From the NCBI GenBank assembly GCA_963663385.2, contig CAXXXD010000002.1, forward strand, positions 896,001-960,000: DNA of 64,000 bases, in the 5' to 3' direction. The position numbers were made by a program, and so were the translations under genes. Numbering within the stretch: the stretch's first letter is position 1; each line of letters opens with the position of its first letter. Of this stretch, positions 9,948 through 19,923 are shown piece after piece. This stretch comes from Oceanispirochaeta sp. (GTDB taxonomy: Bacteria > Spirochaetota > Spirochaetia > DSM-2461). The notes beneath the pieces were generated by a model. The model was given only the letters and a program-made list of their open reading frames with translations, was not told the origin of the DNA and did not search any database.

Positions 9948-10796
9948 TCAGATCAATCTGATGCCCTTCTCTTCCATGGTTATCTTTTTTTCCCGGTACA
10001 GTCCGCCCACTGTTTTTTTAAAGATCTTCTTGCTCATCATCAGAGTCTCTCTAATCTCATCGGGGCTGCTTTTGTCATGAAGAGGGAGGAACCCGCCGGC
10101 TTCCTCCAGAGCCTTCAGTATAACCGAGCGGGCGTCATCTGTGGATTCCCGGAATCCCTGGCGTCTCAGGGAGGCATCGATCAGGCCGTCTTCCCGTATT
10201 CTTTTAACGTAAGCCGTCCGCCGGTCTCCCACTTTGAGTTCTTCAAATACCTCGTTCCGGTAGAGGAGCCCCCTGTATCTGTTATCCAGGATAACCCGGA
10301 TCCCTGCCTCATTGAATCCGAAGACAAGGCAGTCCATCTTCTGGTTCTCTTTAAGAGAAGAGGTATCTTCCTCGAAAAACTCATCGAATTTTCCAGTGCC
10401 GATTACACCGATGCCGTCAAAATCGGGGATCAGATGAACAACCGCCGTATCTCCCACGTTCAGTTCCTTTCGGAGAAGTTTGGCGGGAACATAAAGGTCT
10501 TTTTTGATTCCCCAGTCAAGGAACACCCCGAAATCCGTTACAGAGATAACTTCCAGAGCGGCAAATTCTCCCAGACAGGCTTTTGCCTTCCGGGTTGTGG
10601 CCTTTAAACCGTCTTTCCCATCCTGAAAGATAAATACTTCGATCTCGGTACCAGGCTTCAGCTTTTCCGGAGCTTCTGCCGCATGAAGGGGGATCCTTTC
10701 TCCGTATCCGTCTAGCAGATAGTACTGACCTGTATAGCGTTTTACTTTTAATGTGTAATACCGACCGGAAATAATCGGATCTTTTTCGTTTTCCAT
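9948..10796 (-). CDS. CvfB-family S1 RNA-binding protein
   Basis: 'FGVFLDWGIKKDLYVP', 'KSSPDEI', 'MSKKIFKKTVGGLYRE' winged helix. Confidence 0.88.
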   Translation of the reverse strand: MENEKDPIISGRYYTLKVKRYTGQYYLLDGYGERIPLHAAEAPEKLKPGTEIEVFIFQDGKDGLKATTRKAKACLGEFAALEVISVTDFGVFLDWGIKKDLYVPAKLLRKELNVGDTAVVHLIPDFDGIGVIGTGKFDEFFEEDTSSLKENQKMDCLVFGFNEAGIRVILDNRYRGLLYRNEVFEELKVGDRRTAYVKRIREDGLIDASLRRQGFRESTDDARSVILKALEEAGGFLPLHDKSSPDEIRETLMMSKKIFKKTVGGLYREKKITMEEKGIRLI

Positions 10797-10879
10797 AAGG
10801 TATCAAGTATAATCTTTCTGTTTCGTTTTGTCACTTCCGGAAGTATTTCATAAATGCGGGAATCGGGTAATTGAAAAAA

Positions 10880-10928
10880 GTGAAAAAAAATTTTATTTTT
10901 TCTTTACTCATGTGAAAAATAATTTAAA
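10880..10928 (+). promoter_or_regulatory. Candidate MurR/RpiR operator pair upstream of murQ
   Basis: GTGAAAAAAAATTTTAT (10880) and GTGAAAAATAATTTAAA (10912); the same motif occurs at 14159-14206 and 20010. Confidence 0.5.
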
Positions 10929-10949
10929 ATCAGATCAAAGGATAAAAAA

Positions 10950-11855
10950 ATGGATGAGTTATCAGGACTGATTACGGAACAACCCAATCCGGCCTCTGCC
11001 GGAATCGATACAAAAAGCAGCAGGGAAATTCTGGATATAATCTGCCAGGAGGATAAGAAGGTTCCCCTTGCAGTGGAGGAAAGCCTGGATCAGATCTCTC
11101 CTCTCATAGACAGGGTTGTCAGCCAATTCCGTCAGGGGGGGCGTCTTTTTTATATAGGAGCGGGAACATCCGGACGCCTCGGGGTGCTGGATGCCTCCGA
11201 GTGTCCTCCCACTTACGGGACAGATCCCGAGATGGTTCAGGGGATTATTGCGGGCGGACAGGAAGCTCTGACCCGTTCAGTCGAGTGGGCCGAAGATAAC
11301 GAAGAGAGCGGAAAGGACGCTCTGAAAGAGAGAGGATTCTGCAAAAAGGATGTTCTTGTGGGTATTACGGCCAGCGGCCAGGCGCCCTACGTTATAGGAG
11401 CCATGAAGTACGCCCGGTCTCTCGGCGCCGGAGTAGGGGCTCTGGGCTGTAATAAAAAGTCTCTTATATTCGACTATGCGGATTATCCCATCTATGTCCA
11501 TGTGGGGCCCGAGATCGTGGCCGGATCAACCCGGATGAAGTCCGGAACAGCCCAGAAGCTTGTTCTGAATATGATCACCACCGCATCCATGATACGCATG
11601 GGCAAGGTGTATAACAATCTGATGGTGGATCTCAAGCCGGTCAACAACAAGCTGATTATCCGTTCAAAAAGATTGATCCGGCTGGCCACGGAGTGCAGTG
11701 AAGAGAAGGCGGAGGAGGTGTTTGAACAGTCCGGCCGGCATGTAAAAACAGCCATTGTAATGGTGCTGCTGGATGTGAACAGAGAGGAAGCCCGCAGGCT
11801 CCTGGAACAGAGCGAAGGACGGGTGGGAACCGCTCTGGAAATAGCCGGGAAATAA
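10950..11855 (+). CDS. murQ: N-acetylmuramic acid 6-phosphate etherase
   Basis: 'GAGTSGRLGVLDASECPPTYG', 'GSTRMKSGTAQKLVLNM', 'NLMVD'. Confidence 0.97.
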   Translation: MDELSGLITEQPNPASAGIDTKSSREILDIICQEDKKVPLAVEESLDQISPLIDRVVSQFRQGGRLFYIGAGTSGRLGVLDASECPPTYGTDPEMVQGIIAGGQEALTRSVEWAEDNEESGKDALKERGFCKKDVLVGITASGQAPYVIGAMKYARSLGAGVGALGCNKKSLIFDYADYPIYVHVGPEIVAGSTRMKSGTAQKLVLNMITTASMIRMGKVYNNLMVDLKPVNNKLIIRSKRLIRLATECSEEKAEEVFEQSGRHVKTAIVMVLLDVNREEARRLLEQSEGRVGTALEIAGK

Positions 11856-11865
11856 GGTCCGGAAA

Positions 11866-12921
11866 TTAAAGAAAGAGGGGGTGGAAGGCTCTCCTGAAGG
11901 CTTTTATTTTTTCGGCGGTCTCCTCCCTGCCGAAGTGGACCCTGTTGGTCAGGGTTACGATTTTCAGTTCCCTTTCCGGATCGATCCAGATACTTGTTCC
12001 TGTAAAACCCGTATGCCCGTAGGAATTACCGGAAAATCCCTGTCCCGCAAAAATTTCAGGGCCGTTGCAGGCTGTTCCGTAAGCCCGGGGATCTCCCTCT
12101 ATTCCTGTAGTAAGATTCTGTGTCATCTTTTCCATAATCTCTTCCGGGAGAATCCGCTTTCCATTCAGTGTCCCCCTGTTCAGGAATACTTCGCATAGGG
12201 CGGACACGCTTTCCAGTGTTCCGAAGAGACCCGCATTGCCTGACACACCGCCCATGGTCCAGGCATTCTCATCATGTACCTCTCCCCGGATCCATCTTCC
12301 TCTCCAGGGATCAAACTCTTCACAAACGGCCCGTGAGCGCTGTTTTCCGACAGGATTAAACATCAGGTCCTTCAGCCCCGCTTTTTCACAGACAATCTGA
12401 TGAAACAGTTTGTCCAGAGGGGCGCCTCCGATTTTTTCGGCAACCAGGCCCAGCAGGATAAATCCTGTACAGCTGTAAACAACGGAATGACGGGGGGGCT
12501 GATGTGGTTTAATACCCAGAAGATGCTCTACAGCCTGCTCCCGGCTGCAGGAGTTGCCGTCCGGGAAGAGTTTGAACATTTCCGGGAGGGCAGGGAGTCC
12601 GGAAATATGAAGCAGGATGTCATGCAGTTTCAGCTCCGATGTGTCCTTTGATCTTGCAGGAAGAAAGACTCCCAGAGTCTTTTCTGTTGAAAGGCCTTCC
12701 TGTTCCAGCAGGTGGAGCAGCACAAGGCTGGTAGCAAGTGGCTTGGTAAGGGAGGCGAGCCCGAACAGGCTGTCTCTTTTCAGCTCTTCTCCCCCGTTCA
12801 GGAGGGATGCCTTTCCCCGTACACTCTGAAAGATGATCTTCCCTTTTTTCTCCACCTGTACGGCAATCCCCGGGAAGGTGTTCTCCGCCAGGGCCTCTGT
12901 TATGAGCTTGTCCGGATCCAT
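11866..12921 (-). CDS. Serine hydrolase, beta-lactamase/penicillin-binding family (AmiE-like)
   Basis: SxxK 'ASLTK', 'LLHISGL', 'GEVHDENA', 'GHTGFTGTS'. Confidence 0.88.
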   Translation of the reverse strand: MDPDKLITEALAENTFPGIAVQVEKKGKIIFQSVRGKASLLNGGEELKRDSLFGLASLTKPLATSLVLLHLLEQEGLSTEKTLGVFLPARSKDTSELKLHDILLHISGLPALPEMFKLFPDGNSCSREQAVEHLLGIKPHQPPRHSVVYSCTGFILLGLVAEKIGGAPLDKLFHQIVCEKAGLKDLMFNPVGKQRSRAVCEEFDPWRGRWIRGEVHDENAWTMGGVSGNAGLFGTLESVSALCEVFLNRGTLNGKRILPEEIMEKMTQNLTTGIEGDPRAYGTACNGPEIFAGQGFSGNSYGHTGFTGTSIWIDPERELKIVTLTNRVHFGREETAEKIKAFRRAFHPLFL

Positions 12922-12935
12922 TGTTCTCTTTCCTT

Positions 12936-14117
12936 CTATGTTCTTTCCAGGATATTAAAAACCGTCAGGGGTTTGGACAGTTTTCCGCAAATGGCGGGAC
13001 CGGAAGCTCCGGTGGCAGCCGGGACATTGGAAGGAAGGTTCAGCATGTAGTAGAGTCCCATAAGCGCAAAGGCCGCCGCCTCTTTAAAGTCAGTTGGAAT
13101 CCCCGCTTCGTCTCCTGTCATAACCCGGGATGAGGGCAGTCCGGATTTAAGGGATTCCATAATTATGGGATTATGTGCCCCGCCTCCTGTTACAATCACA
13201 TTGTCGGGTACAGCAGGGAGCCATTTATTATAGCTGTAGATAATACTTTCGGCTGTAAACATAGCCGCTGTGCGGATCAGATCTTCATAGGATACATCAT
13301 CAGGCATAGGGTAGTCCTGAAAAAAACGGTCTCCGAACAGTTCCCGACCTGTGGATTTGGGCGGTTGAATTCTGAAGTAGGGATGACCCATCCAGCATGA
13401 CAGAAGCTTGTGGTTAACCCGTCCCCTCAGGCCGATGAGGCCGCCCCTGTCATAGTGCTGCTCACCTGAACTATGCTGCTCAACCAGTATGTCCAGAATC
13501 ATATTGCCGGGACCGGTATCGAAGGCAATCAGTCCGCTGTCCCCTTCAGCAGGAATAAAGCCGACATTACCGATACCTCCGATATTCTGGAAGGCTGAGC
13601 TGCCTTCGAACCCCCTGGCCAGAATGGCATCAAGCAGGGGAACAAAGGGCGCGCCGCCGCCTCCTGCTGCCATATCGGCCGGACGGAAATCGCTTACTGT
13701 GGGTATTCCGGTTTTCCGGGCTATGACCGAACCTTCCCCGATCTGCAGGGTTCCCGCCTGAGGGGCGCCCAGGTACTCCTCAGGCTGCCCGATGTGGTGA
13801 ATCGTCTGGCCATGGGAGCCGATAACGCTTACCTCTGCCGCCTTTGTCCCTGTTTCTTCAAGGAGCCTGTTAACACAGTCCCCGTACACCTCGCCCAAAC
13901 GCATGTTCAGCAGGGTCAAACGGGGGAGCAGGTCTTTGCATCCGGCCGTTACATCCAGTATCTCCTGTCTCAGGGTTCCGGTAAACGGGTAGGTTCTGGC
14001 CGCAATAGTGTCCAGACCGACTCTTTTCCCGTCCATGGAAATTCGGAAGAGTCCCGTATCTATCCCATCTACTGAAGTTCCCGACATGAGGCCTATGGCC
14101 AGGTATTCCTTTTTCAT
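12936..14117 (-). CDS. anmK: Anhydro-N-acetylmuramic acid kinase
   Basis: 'GLMSGTSVDGID', 'GSHGQT', 'NIGGIGN', 'FDTGPGN', 'PPKSTGRE', 'GGGAHN'. Confidence 0.96.
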   Translation of the reverse strand: MKKEYLAIGLMSGTSVDGIDTGLFRISMDGKRVGLDTIAARTYPFTGTLRQEILDVTAGCKDLLPRLTLLNMRLGEVYGDCVNRLLEETGTKAAEVSVIGSHGQTIHHIGQPEEYLGAPQAGTLQIGEGSVIARKTGIPTVSDFRPADMAAGGGGAPFVPLLDAILARGFEGSSAFQNIGGIGNVGFIPAEGDSGLIAFDTGPGNMILDILVEQHSSGEQHYDRGGLIGLRGRVNHKLLSCWMGHPYFRIQPPKSTGRELFGDRFFQDYPMPDDVSYEDLIRTAAMFTAESIIYSYNKWLPAVPDNVIVTGGGAHNPIIMESLKSGLPSSRVMTGDEAGIPTDFKEAAAFALMGLYYMLNLPSNVPAATGASGPAICGKLSKPLTVFNILERT

Positions 14118-14123
14118 GAGAAT

Positions 14124-14234
14124 ATTATGATTGTGTTGGAACGGCTTGTCAAAAGGAAATAAAAAAATATTTCACTCATATTGTCTTTCTGTGAAAAATA
14201 TTTTATTGACGTGAATAATGATGGATCGTATACT
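14124..14234. promoter_or_regulatory. Back-to-back sigma70 promoters (anmK and ABC operon) with candidate operators between them
   Basis: Minus strand TTGACA-N17-CATAAT (14152-14124); plus strand TTGACG-N17-TATACT (14206-14234); GTGAAA...TTTAT motifs at 14159-14175 (reverse) and 14191-14206. Confidence 0.7.
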
Positions 14235-14257
14235 CTCATATTATTGGAGGAAAAATC

Positions 14258-15487
14258 ATGAAAAAACTGACAGGATTCCTATTGCTGGTTCTACTGACCT
14301 GTTCCATGGTCTTTGCCGGCGGCGCTCAGGAAGAAGAAGTGCCTGAAAAACTCGTCTACCTGACAGCCAGCTGGGGAGCCCCTTCCCAGGAGCTGCTGGA
14401 TAAATATGAAGCGGAAACCGGCATCAAGGTTGAAGTCTCTTCGTTAAAGGAAGCAGATTTGAGAAATAAAGTAATGTCTGCCGCAGCGGGGAAAACCAGT
14501 CCCGCGGATATTATTTTTACCGGAATCAGCAACTTCGGCGTTTTTGGTCACTCCGGGATTCTGAAACCTCTGGATGACTTTGTTTCCGCTGAAACTTTTG
14601 ACAGTGTTATGGGCCGTCAGTTTTTTCAGATTGACGGAGAAACCTACTGCGTCCCCATGTATCAGCAGATGGTCATGATCGACTATGACAAGGGTTCCCT
14701 CGGAAAAATCGGACTGGACGGCAAGGATATCAAAACCTGGGATGATTTTGAAAACGCCGCACTGAAACTGAAAGCGGAGGGCATCCTGGAATATCCCCTG
14801 GCTTTTGCCGTTCGTCACTGGTCCTGGTATCTGATGGCCCTTTCCCAGGGGAGCACTCTTTTTGATGCCGATGGCAATCCCACCTTTGATGATCCTTCCG
14901 ATCCCGGATACGGCGCTTTCATACAGCTGATCCGCTACTTCGAAGAGGGACTCATTTCTCCCGAAAGACTGACCTCTCCCAATGCCCATCCTTCTTTCTG
15001 GGCCGGACAGGCTGTTTTTCATCAGGCATGGCAGGGCTCTCTGGCCATTGCCAACAACCCGGAGAAATCCAGGATTGCCCCCCATGCGGACTACCTGCTC
15101 CTTCCCGACCAGCACTACACATGGAGCCTCCCCGCCGGTCTGGGTATTTCCGCCTATTCCAAATACCCCAAAGCCTCTCTTCAGTTTATCGAGTTTATGA
15201 TCTCTGAAGAGGTTCAGAACTTCGGATATGAGGCCAACGGTATGTTCCCGGCCCTGACCAGCCTTTTTCAGGACCTTGGCAACAGCGGAAAAATCGAGGG
15301 ATGGGAAGTCATGTCCGAACAGGCAGACTACCTTGTGCCCCTGCCGTATAACACCCCCTGGTTCGCCGAGTTCGAGACAGAACTGAAGGATGTGCTGATC
15401 CGTGTGGCAAGAGAAGAAGTGACTGCGGAGGATGCTATTAAAAACCTGGCTGATTTCCAGAGAACACTGAAAGCCGAATACGAGTAA
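14258..15487 (+). CDS. Carbohydrate ABC transporter substrate-binding protein (CUT1)
   Basis: Signal peptide 'FAGGAQEE'; 'YEAETGIKVE', 'TWDDF' motifs; GGAGG RBS. Confidence 0.9.
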   Translation: MKKLTGFLLLVLLTCSMVFAGGAQEEEVPEKLVYLTASWGAPSQELLDKYEAETGIKVEVSSLKEADLRNKVMSAAAGKTSPADIIFTGISNFGVFGHSGILKPLDDFVSAETFDSVMGRQFFQIDGETYCVPMYQQMVMIDYDKGSLGKIGLDGKDIKTWDDFENAALKLKAEGILEYPLAFAVRHWSWYLMALSQGSTLFDADGNPTFDDPSDPGYGAFIQLIRYFEEGLISPERLTSPNAHPSFWAGQAVFHQAWQGSLAIANNPEKSRIAPHADYLLLPDQHYTWSLPAGLGISAYSKYPKASLQFIEFMISEEVQNFGYEANGMFPALTSLFQDLGNSGKIEGWEVMSEQADYLVPLPYNTPWFAEFETELKDVLIRVAREEVTAEDAIKNLADFQRTLKAEYE

Positions 15488-15606
15488 GTGATTCGCCTGC
15501 GGGTTTGAATATCCCGGAGAAATTAAAAAAGCAGCGGGGCGATCCGATAAGAGAGTATCTTATGGGGGAGCCCCTTTTTTCAAGTTAATCGGAGGATGTA
15601 AAAAAA

Positions 15607-16497
15607 GTGATGAAAAAGTTTTCCAGGTGGCTGGACGACAGCACCCATCTGGCCATGGCGATTCTTATTCCGTCCATGCTCCTGCTGGTGGCCTTTGCCT
15701 ACCTGCCGGCGCTCTATTCCCTGCGCTTCAGTTTTCTGAAGTACAATATCAAGATGCCCAACAATATCCGTTTTAACGGATTGGACAACTATGTTCACAT
15801 TCTGAAGGATCCTGTTTTTATCAGTTCTGTAATTCGGGTCTCCTACTTTATGGTTTTCGGGACATTTATGGTTCTTGCCCTGTCCATGTTATTTGCCCAG
15901 GTCCTGAATCAGGAGTTCCGCGGCCGGGGATTTCTCCGGGCGGCGGTTATCATCCCCTGGGCCATCCCCCCGGTTGTTAACGGTCACCTCTGGAAATGGA
16001 TATTCAACGGGGAATACGGGGCATTCAACGGGCTTCTCTATCAGTTCGGGATTATAGACAGCTATCATTTCTGGCTGACAAATCCCGCAGTAGCCCTGAA
16101 CGTGGCCATTTTTATCTTTGTATGGCGTTATATTCCCTTTATTACCATACTCTTTCTGGGAGTTCTCCAGTCCATTCCGCCCGAGCTCTATGAGGCGGCC
16201 AGGGTGGACGGGGCCAATGCAGCCCGTCGTTTTTTCCATATTACCCTGGGGTCCATGAGACGGATCAGTGTGATTGCAATCGTTTTGACCCTGATTGCCG
16301 CTTTCTCCGTTTTTGACGGGATATATGCGCTGATGGAATTCGACGAGGCAACCAAAACTCCCATGATCTACAACTATCAGATGACCTTTGAAATGGGACG
16401 GTTCGGCCGGGGTTCCGCCATGGCGTACCTGGTGGGGCTCTTCCTTTTCGGTTTGACTTTCATCTATCTCCGGATGAGCCTGAAGGAGGACCGCTGA
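15607..16497 (+). CDS. Carbohydrate ABC transporter permease (MalF-like)
   Basis: 'GLDNY', 'IPWAIP', EAA motif 'ELYEAARVDGA'. Confidence 0.93.
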   Translation: MMKKFSRWLDDSTHLAMAILIPSMLLLVAFAYLPALYSLRFSFLKYNIKMPNNIRFNGLDNYVHILKDPVFISSVIRVSYFMVFGTFMVLALSMLFAQVLNQEFRGRGFLRAAVIIPWAIPPVVNGHLWKWIFNGEYGAFNGLLYQFGIIDSYHFWLTNPAVALNVAIFIFVWRYIPFITILFLGVLQSIPPELYEAARVDGANAARRFFHITLGSMRRISVIAIVLTLIAAFSVFDGIYALMEFDEATKTPMIYNYQMTFEMGRFGRGSAMAYLVGLFLFGLTFIYLRMSLKEDR

Positions 16498-17363
16498 TGA
16501 AAAAGCCTATGAGTTTCAAGGTCCTTCTGGGCTTTCTTATCCTCTTTATTCTGTTCTGGACTCTGGCGCCCCTTTTGTGGATTGCCATTTCGTCCATCTC
16601 TCCCCGGACGGAGCTGTATAATGTTCCTCCCCACTGGATTCCCCATGAACCTACTCTGGAAGCCTATGATAAAGTACTGATTTCCGGTGAAGGATTTCGG
16701 GGCGGAGGCGGAATCAGCGCGGCCAAACTGTTCCGGACGGGTATTGCCAACTCTCTGATAATTTCCCTGTCCACAACCGTGATGGTCATGTTCTTTGCAC
16801 CCCTTCTGGGGTATGCCTTTTCAAGGCTGCATTTTAAGGGAAAAAATCTCTTTTTTATGGCGATTATCGGAATCATCGCCCTGCCTGGCTGGCCTGTATT
16901 GATCGGACTGTTCAGCCAGTTCAGCATGATGGGGCTGCTGGATACAAAATGGGGATTGATCCTGCTCTCCTTTACCTTCCGTCTGCCCTTTGAAACCTGG
17001 TTTATGAAGGGGTATTTTGAATCGGTTCCCCAGGAAGTGGAGGATGCCGCCCGTATAGACGGCTGTACCCATGTGGAGACCCTCTTCCGGATCAGTCTGC
17101 AGATGGTAATGCCCGGGCTGATTGCGGTCACCATTATCTCCTTTCTGCACACCTGGAATATGTTTGCGGCCCCCCTGGTCCTGACCTACACCCTCAAGTC
17201 CAAACCCTTAACGGTAACAATGACCGAGTTTATAGGTCAGTACTATGTGCATTGGGATCTGATGTCCGCGGCTACCATCCTGGCCATTATCCCTCCGGTT
17301 CTGATCGTCGTTATCTTTCAGAAATATATTATCCGGGGACTTTCCGCCGGAGCAATCAAGTAG
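16497..17363 (+). CDS. Carbohydrate ABC transporter permease (MalG-like)
   Basis: 'EVEDAARIDGC', 'FQKYIIRGLSAGAIK'. Confidence 0.93.
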   Translation: MKKPMSFKVLLGFLILFILFWTLAPLLWIAISSISPRTELYNVPPHWIPHEPTLEAYDKVLISGEGFRGGGGISAAKLFRTGIANSLIISLSTTVMVMFFAPLLGYAFSRLHFKGKNLFFMAIIGIIALPGWPVLIGLFSQFSMMGLLDTKWGLILLSFTFRLPFETWFMKGYFESVPQEVEDAARIDGCTHVETLFRISLQMVMPGLIAVTIISFLHTWNMFAAPLVLTYTLKSKPLTVTMTEFIGQYYVHWDLMSAATILAIIPPVLIVVIFQKYIIRGLSAGAIK

Positions 17364-17370
17364 CCTGTTT

Positions 17371-17495
17371 CTCTCCCCCTCGGCTCCGCTTGGGAGCAGG
17401 GGGGACTGGCTGATTAAAAATGTTTTGTATTTCTCTACGAAGGAGAAAAACAATACAGATTCCCCCTCCTTGAGGAGGGGGCCAGGGGGAGGTCT
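17371..17495. repeat. Composite palindromic element between convergent genes
   Basis: CCCCCTCGGCTCCGCTTGGG (17375-17394) and CCCCCTCCTTGAGGAGGGGG-CCAGGGGGAGG (17462-17492). Confidence 0.5.
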
Positions 17496-17500
17496 AGGGA

Positions 17501-19075
17501 TCAATTACCCAGTTTAACCGGGCAGCGTCCTTCCGCCGGGATTTCTCCCTTTAAAAAGGCAATCAGGCTGTCTACCGCCAGGACTGTATTCTCGTATCCC
17601 AGAACAAGGAAGTCCGCTTCCGGAAAGGAGGCCGCCTCGTAGGGGGAGCGCATAACAGCGATCCCTGTGGGCGTTTCACTTCTGCAAATTTCCTGAATCC
17701 TGTTCACAGCTTTGGGGAAGAAACCGGCATCTGCTGTTACAAGCAGTATTCTGTCGTACTGTTCAGTTCTGACCGGTTCTTTATCCAATATTTCCTCTGT
17801 TTCATCAGCCGGAATAATCCGGAAACAGGATTCGGGGAAGGCCTTTTTCAGACGGAGCATGGGGTTTCCCCCCGATACGGTATTCTCACCGATAAACTGC
17901 TCCGGCCTCTGCATAACAAGAATCAGGGTTTTATCCGAATCGGTCAGTCTGCCTTTATCCAGAAAAGAGTTTTCCCGTATCAGAGTCAGGCTCTTCCGGC
18001 TTATCTGCTCCAGTTCCGGATCGGGGGTGCTGCCGACCCATCCGGGTACCGGAGATATCTCGTTTTCAATACCGGGGAGGAATTTCCGGCGGGCTTCGGC
18101 CAGCCTTGCCAGGGACCGGTCAATCCGTGATTCCCCCAGGCGGCCTTTCATAACCTCATCATAGAGGGCTTTGGCAGCCTTCTCCTGTTCCTCCGGGGTA
18201 TGGGAGACAAAAAGCATATCCGCCCCGGCCTTAAGGGCCATTACTACGGCCTGTTCTGTAGAATAGTATTTTCTGACTCCCTGCATTTCCAGGCAGTCCG
18301 TCAGAACCAGTCCTTTAAATCCCATCTGCTCCCGTAACAGGTTTGTTATAATTCCGGGAGAGAGGGAGGCGGGCACACCGGAGCTGTCCAGGGCGGGTAT
18401 AAGCATATGGGCTATCATAATCGCAGGGACTCCCCGTTCAATTCCTTTGACAAAGGGGTACAGCTCCCGTTCTTTCAGAAGAGGGTAGGGGTGATTGATC
18501 AGAGGGAGGGCCTTATGAGAGTCCGTGGCAGAGTCCCCGTGACCGGGAAAATGCTTGAGTACGGGAATCACTCCTCCTTCTTCATACCCTTCGGCGGCAG
18601 CCAGGGCATAACGGCTTACCTGTTCGGGGGTGTCCCCGTAGCTGCGGGAGCCCACAATCGGATTAGACGGATTGCTGTTGATATCCGCCACCGGGGCCAG
18701 ATTCATATTGAATCCCAGTGAACGGATATGCCGGGCTGTTCCCTCCGCTGCTTTGCGTGCCAGATCCGCCCCGCCCGCTGCGGCGCAGGCCATAGCTCCG
18801 GGGTAGGTATTGAGGTCCCCGTGAAAGCGGCTGACAATCCCTCCCTCCTGATCGATGGTCATATAGGGGTAATCCCCGTTGTTCTGCCTGGTCTCGGCTA
18901 TTATCTCCCGGCTGAGTTCGGCCGTCTGTTCGTATCCCTCGATATTCCGGGCGAAAAAGATCCAGTTCCCTATCTTCAGGTCCCTGTAGAGGAAGCGGGC
19001 ATGTTCGCCGGCCTTTGTTCCTTCAAATCCGCATACCAGGAGGCGGCCTATTTTTTTCTGAAGATCCCTGTTCAT
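17501..19075 (-). CDS. nagZ: Beta-N-acetylhexosaminidase (GH3)
   Basis: 'DQEGG', NagZ signature 'KHFPGHGDSATDSH', nucleophile region 'TDCLEM'; C-terminal GH3 domain. Confidence 0.92.
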   Translation of the reverse strand: MNRDLQKKIGRLLVCGFEGTKAGEHARFLYRDLKIGNWIFFARNIEGYEQTAELSREIIAETRQNNGDYPYMTIDQEGGIVSRFHGDLNTYPGAMACAAAGGADLARKAAEGTARHIRSLGFNMNLAPVADINSNPSNPIVGSRSYGDTPEQVSRYALAAAEGYEEGGVIPVLKHFPGHGDSATDSHKALPLINHPYPLLKERELYPFVKGIERGVPAIMIAHMLIPALDSSGVPASLSPGIITNLLREQMGFKGLVLTDCLEMQGVRKYYSTEQAVVMALKAGADMLFVSHTPEEQEKAAKALYDEVMKGRLGESRIDRSLARLAEARRKFLPGIENEISPVPGWVGSTPDPELEQISRKSLTLIRENSFLDKGRLTDSDKTLILVMQRPEQFIGENTVSGGNPMLRLKKAFPESCFRIIPADETEEILDKEPVRTEQYDRILLVTADAGFFPKAVNRIQEICRSETPTGIAVMRSPYEAASFPEADFLVLGYENTVLAVDSLIAFLKGEIPAEGRCPVKLGN

Positions 19076-19923
19076 AGCTTATCCCCCATCAGGGCCTGTC
19101 GGGTTTTTTCCAGTATGGCCCGGAAACCCTCCGGGTCTCCCGCTGTTATACGGGAAAAGAGTATATCGATTACCGTCAGCTGGGCAATCCGTGATGTCAT
19201 GGCGGCTTCCCGGATAAGGGACTCATTCATGGGGGTAAAGAGGTTAATGGCACACATTTCTTCCAGCGTATTGGCTCCGTAACGGGTCAGGCTGATGGTA
19301 GACGCCTTGTTCTCATTCGCCTGATGAACGGCCTTGATGACTTCCTTTGTTTCTCCCGAATAGGATATGGCGATGGCCGCGTCCTTGGCCGAGAGGGAGC
19401 AGGCGGATGTTATCTGCATATGGGAGTCAGCGATATACTGGCAGTTCAGGCCGATCCGGCACAGTTTCTGATAGAGGTCCTGAGCCACGATCCCGGAGGC
19501 CCCCAGGCCGTAGATATCGATCCTGTGACTTTTAAGGATACAGTGGGCGGCTTTTTCAACGGATTGGACATCCAGTACGGAGTCAATGCTCCTGAGGGAG
19601 CTTATATGGTTGTTGATAATGGCTGTTTTCAGCTCATCCGGGGGAAGGTCCTTTTTGACGGATTCCCGGCTGCTGCGGTCCTGCTCCCGGCTCAGGTCCA
19701 TGGCAATCCGCAGTTTCAGTTCGTTGTATCCCTTCATGTCAAGGCGTTTGCACAGGCGTACGATTCCCGCCGGGCTGCCTCCGCACTCCGCTGCCAGATC
19801 GGAGATATTCATCTCCATGGTTTTCCGGGGATTCTCCAGTATCCAGGAGGCTATTTTCTGCTCCCCCGACGGCATATTATGGAGGGATTCTTTCAGGATT
19901 ATCAGTCCGCTCTGCAATTTCAT
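19072..19923 (-). CDS. murR: MurR/RpiR-family transcriptional regulator (HTH + SIS)
   Basis: 'IVRLCKRL.MKGYNELK', 'GLGASG', 'ISYSGETKE', 'SRIAQLTVIDIL'; start moved to MKLQSG. Symbol rests on context. Confidence 0.85.
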   Translation of the reverse strand: MKLQSGLIILKESLHNMPSGEQKIASWILENPRKTMEMNISDLAAECGGSPAGIVRLCKRLDMKGYNELKLRIAMDLSREQDRSSRESVKKDLPPDELKTAIINNHISSLRSIDSVLDVQSVEKAAHCILKSHRIDIYGLGASGIVAQDLYQKLCRIGLNCQYIADSHMQITSACSLSAKDAAIAISYSGETKEVIKAVHQANENKASTISLTRYGANTLEEMCAINLFTPMNESLIREAAMTSRIAQLTVIDILFSRITAGDPEGFRAILEKTRQALMGDKL

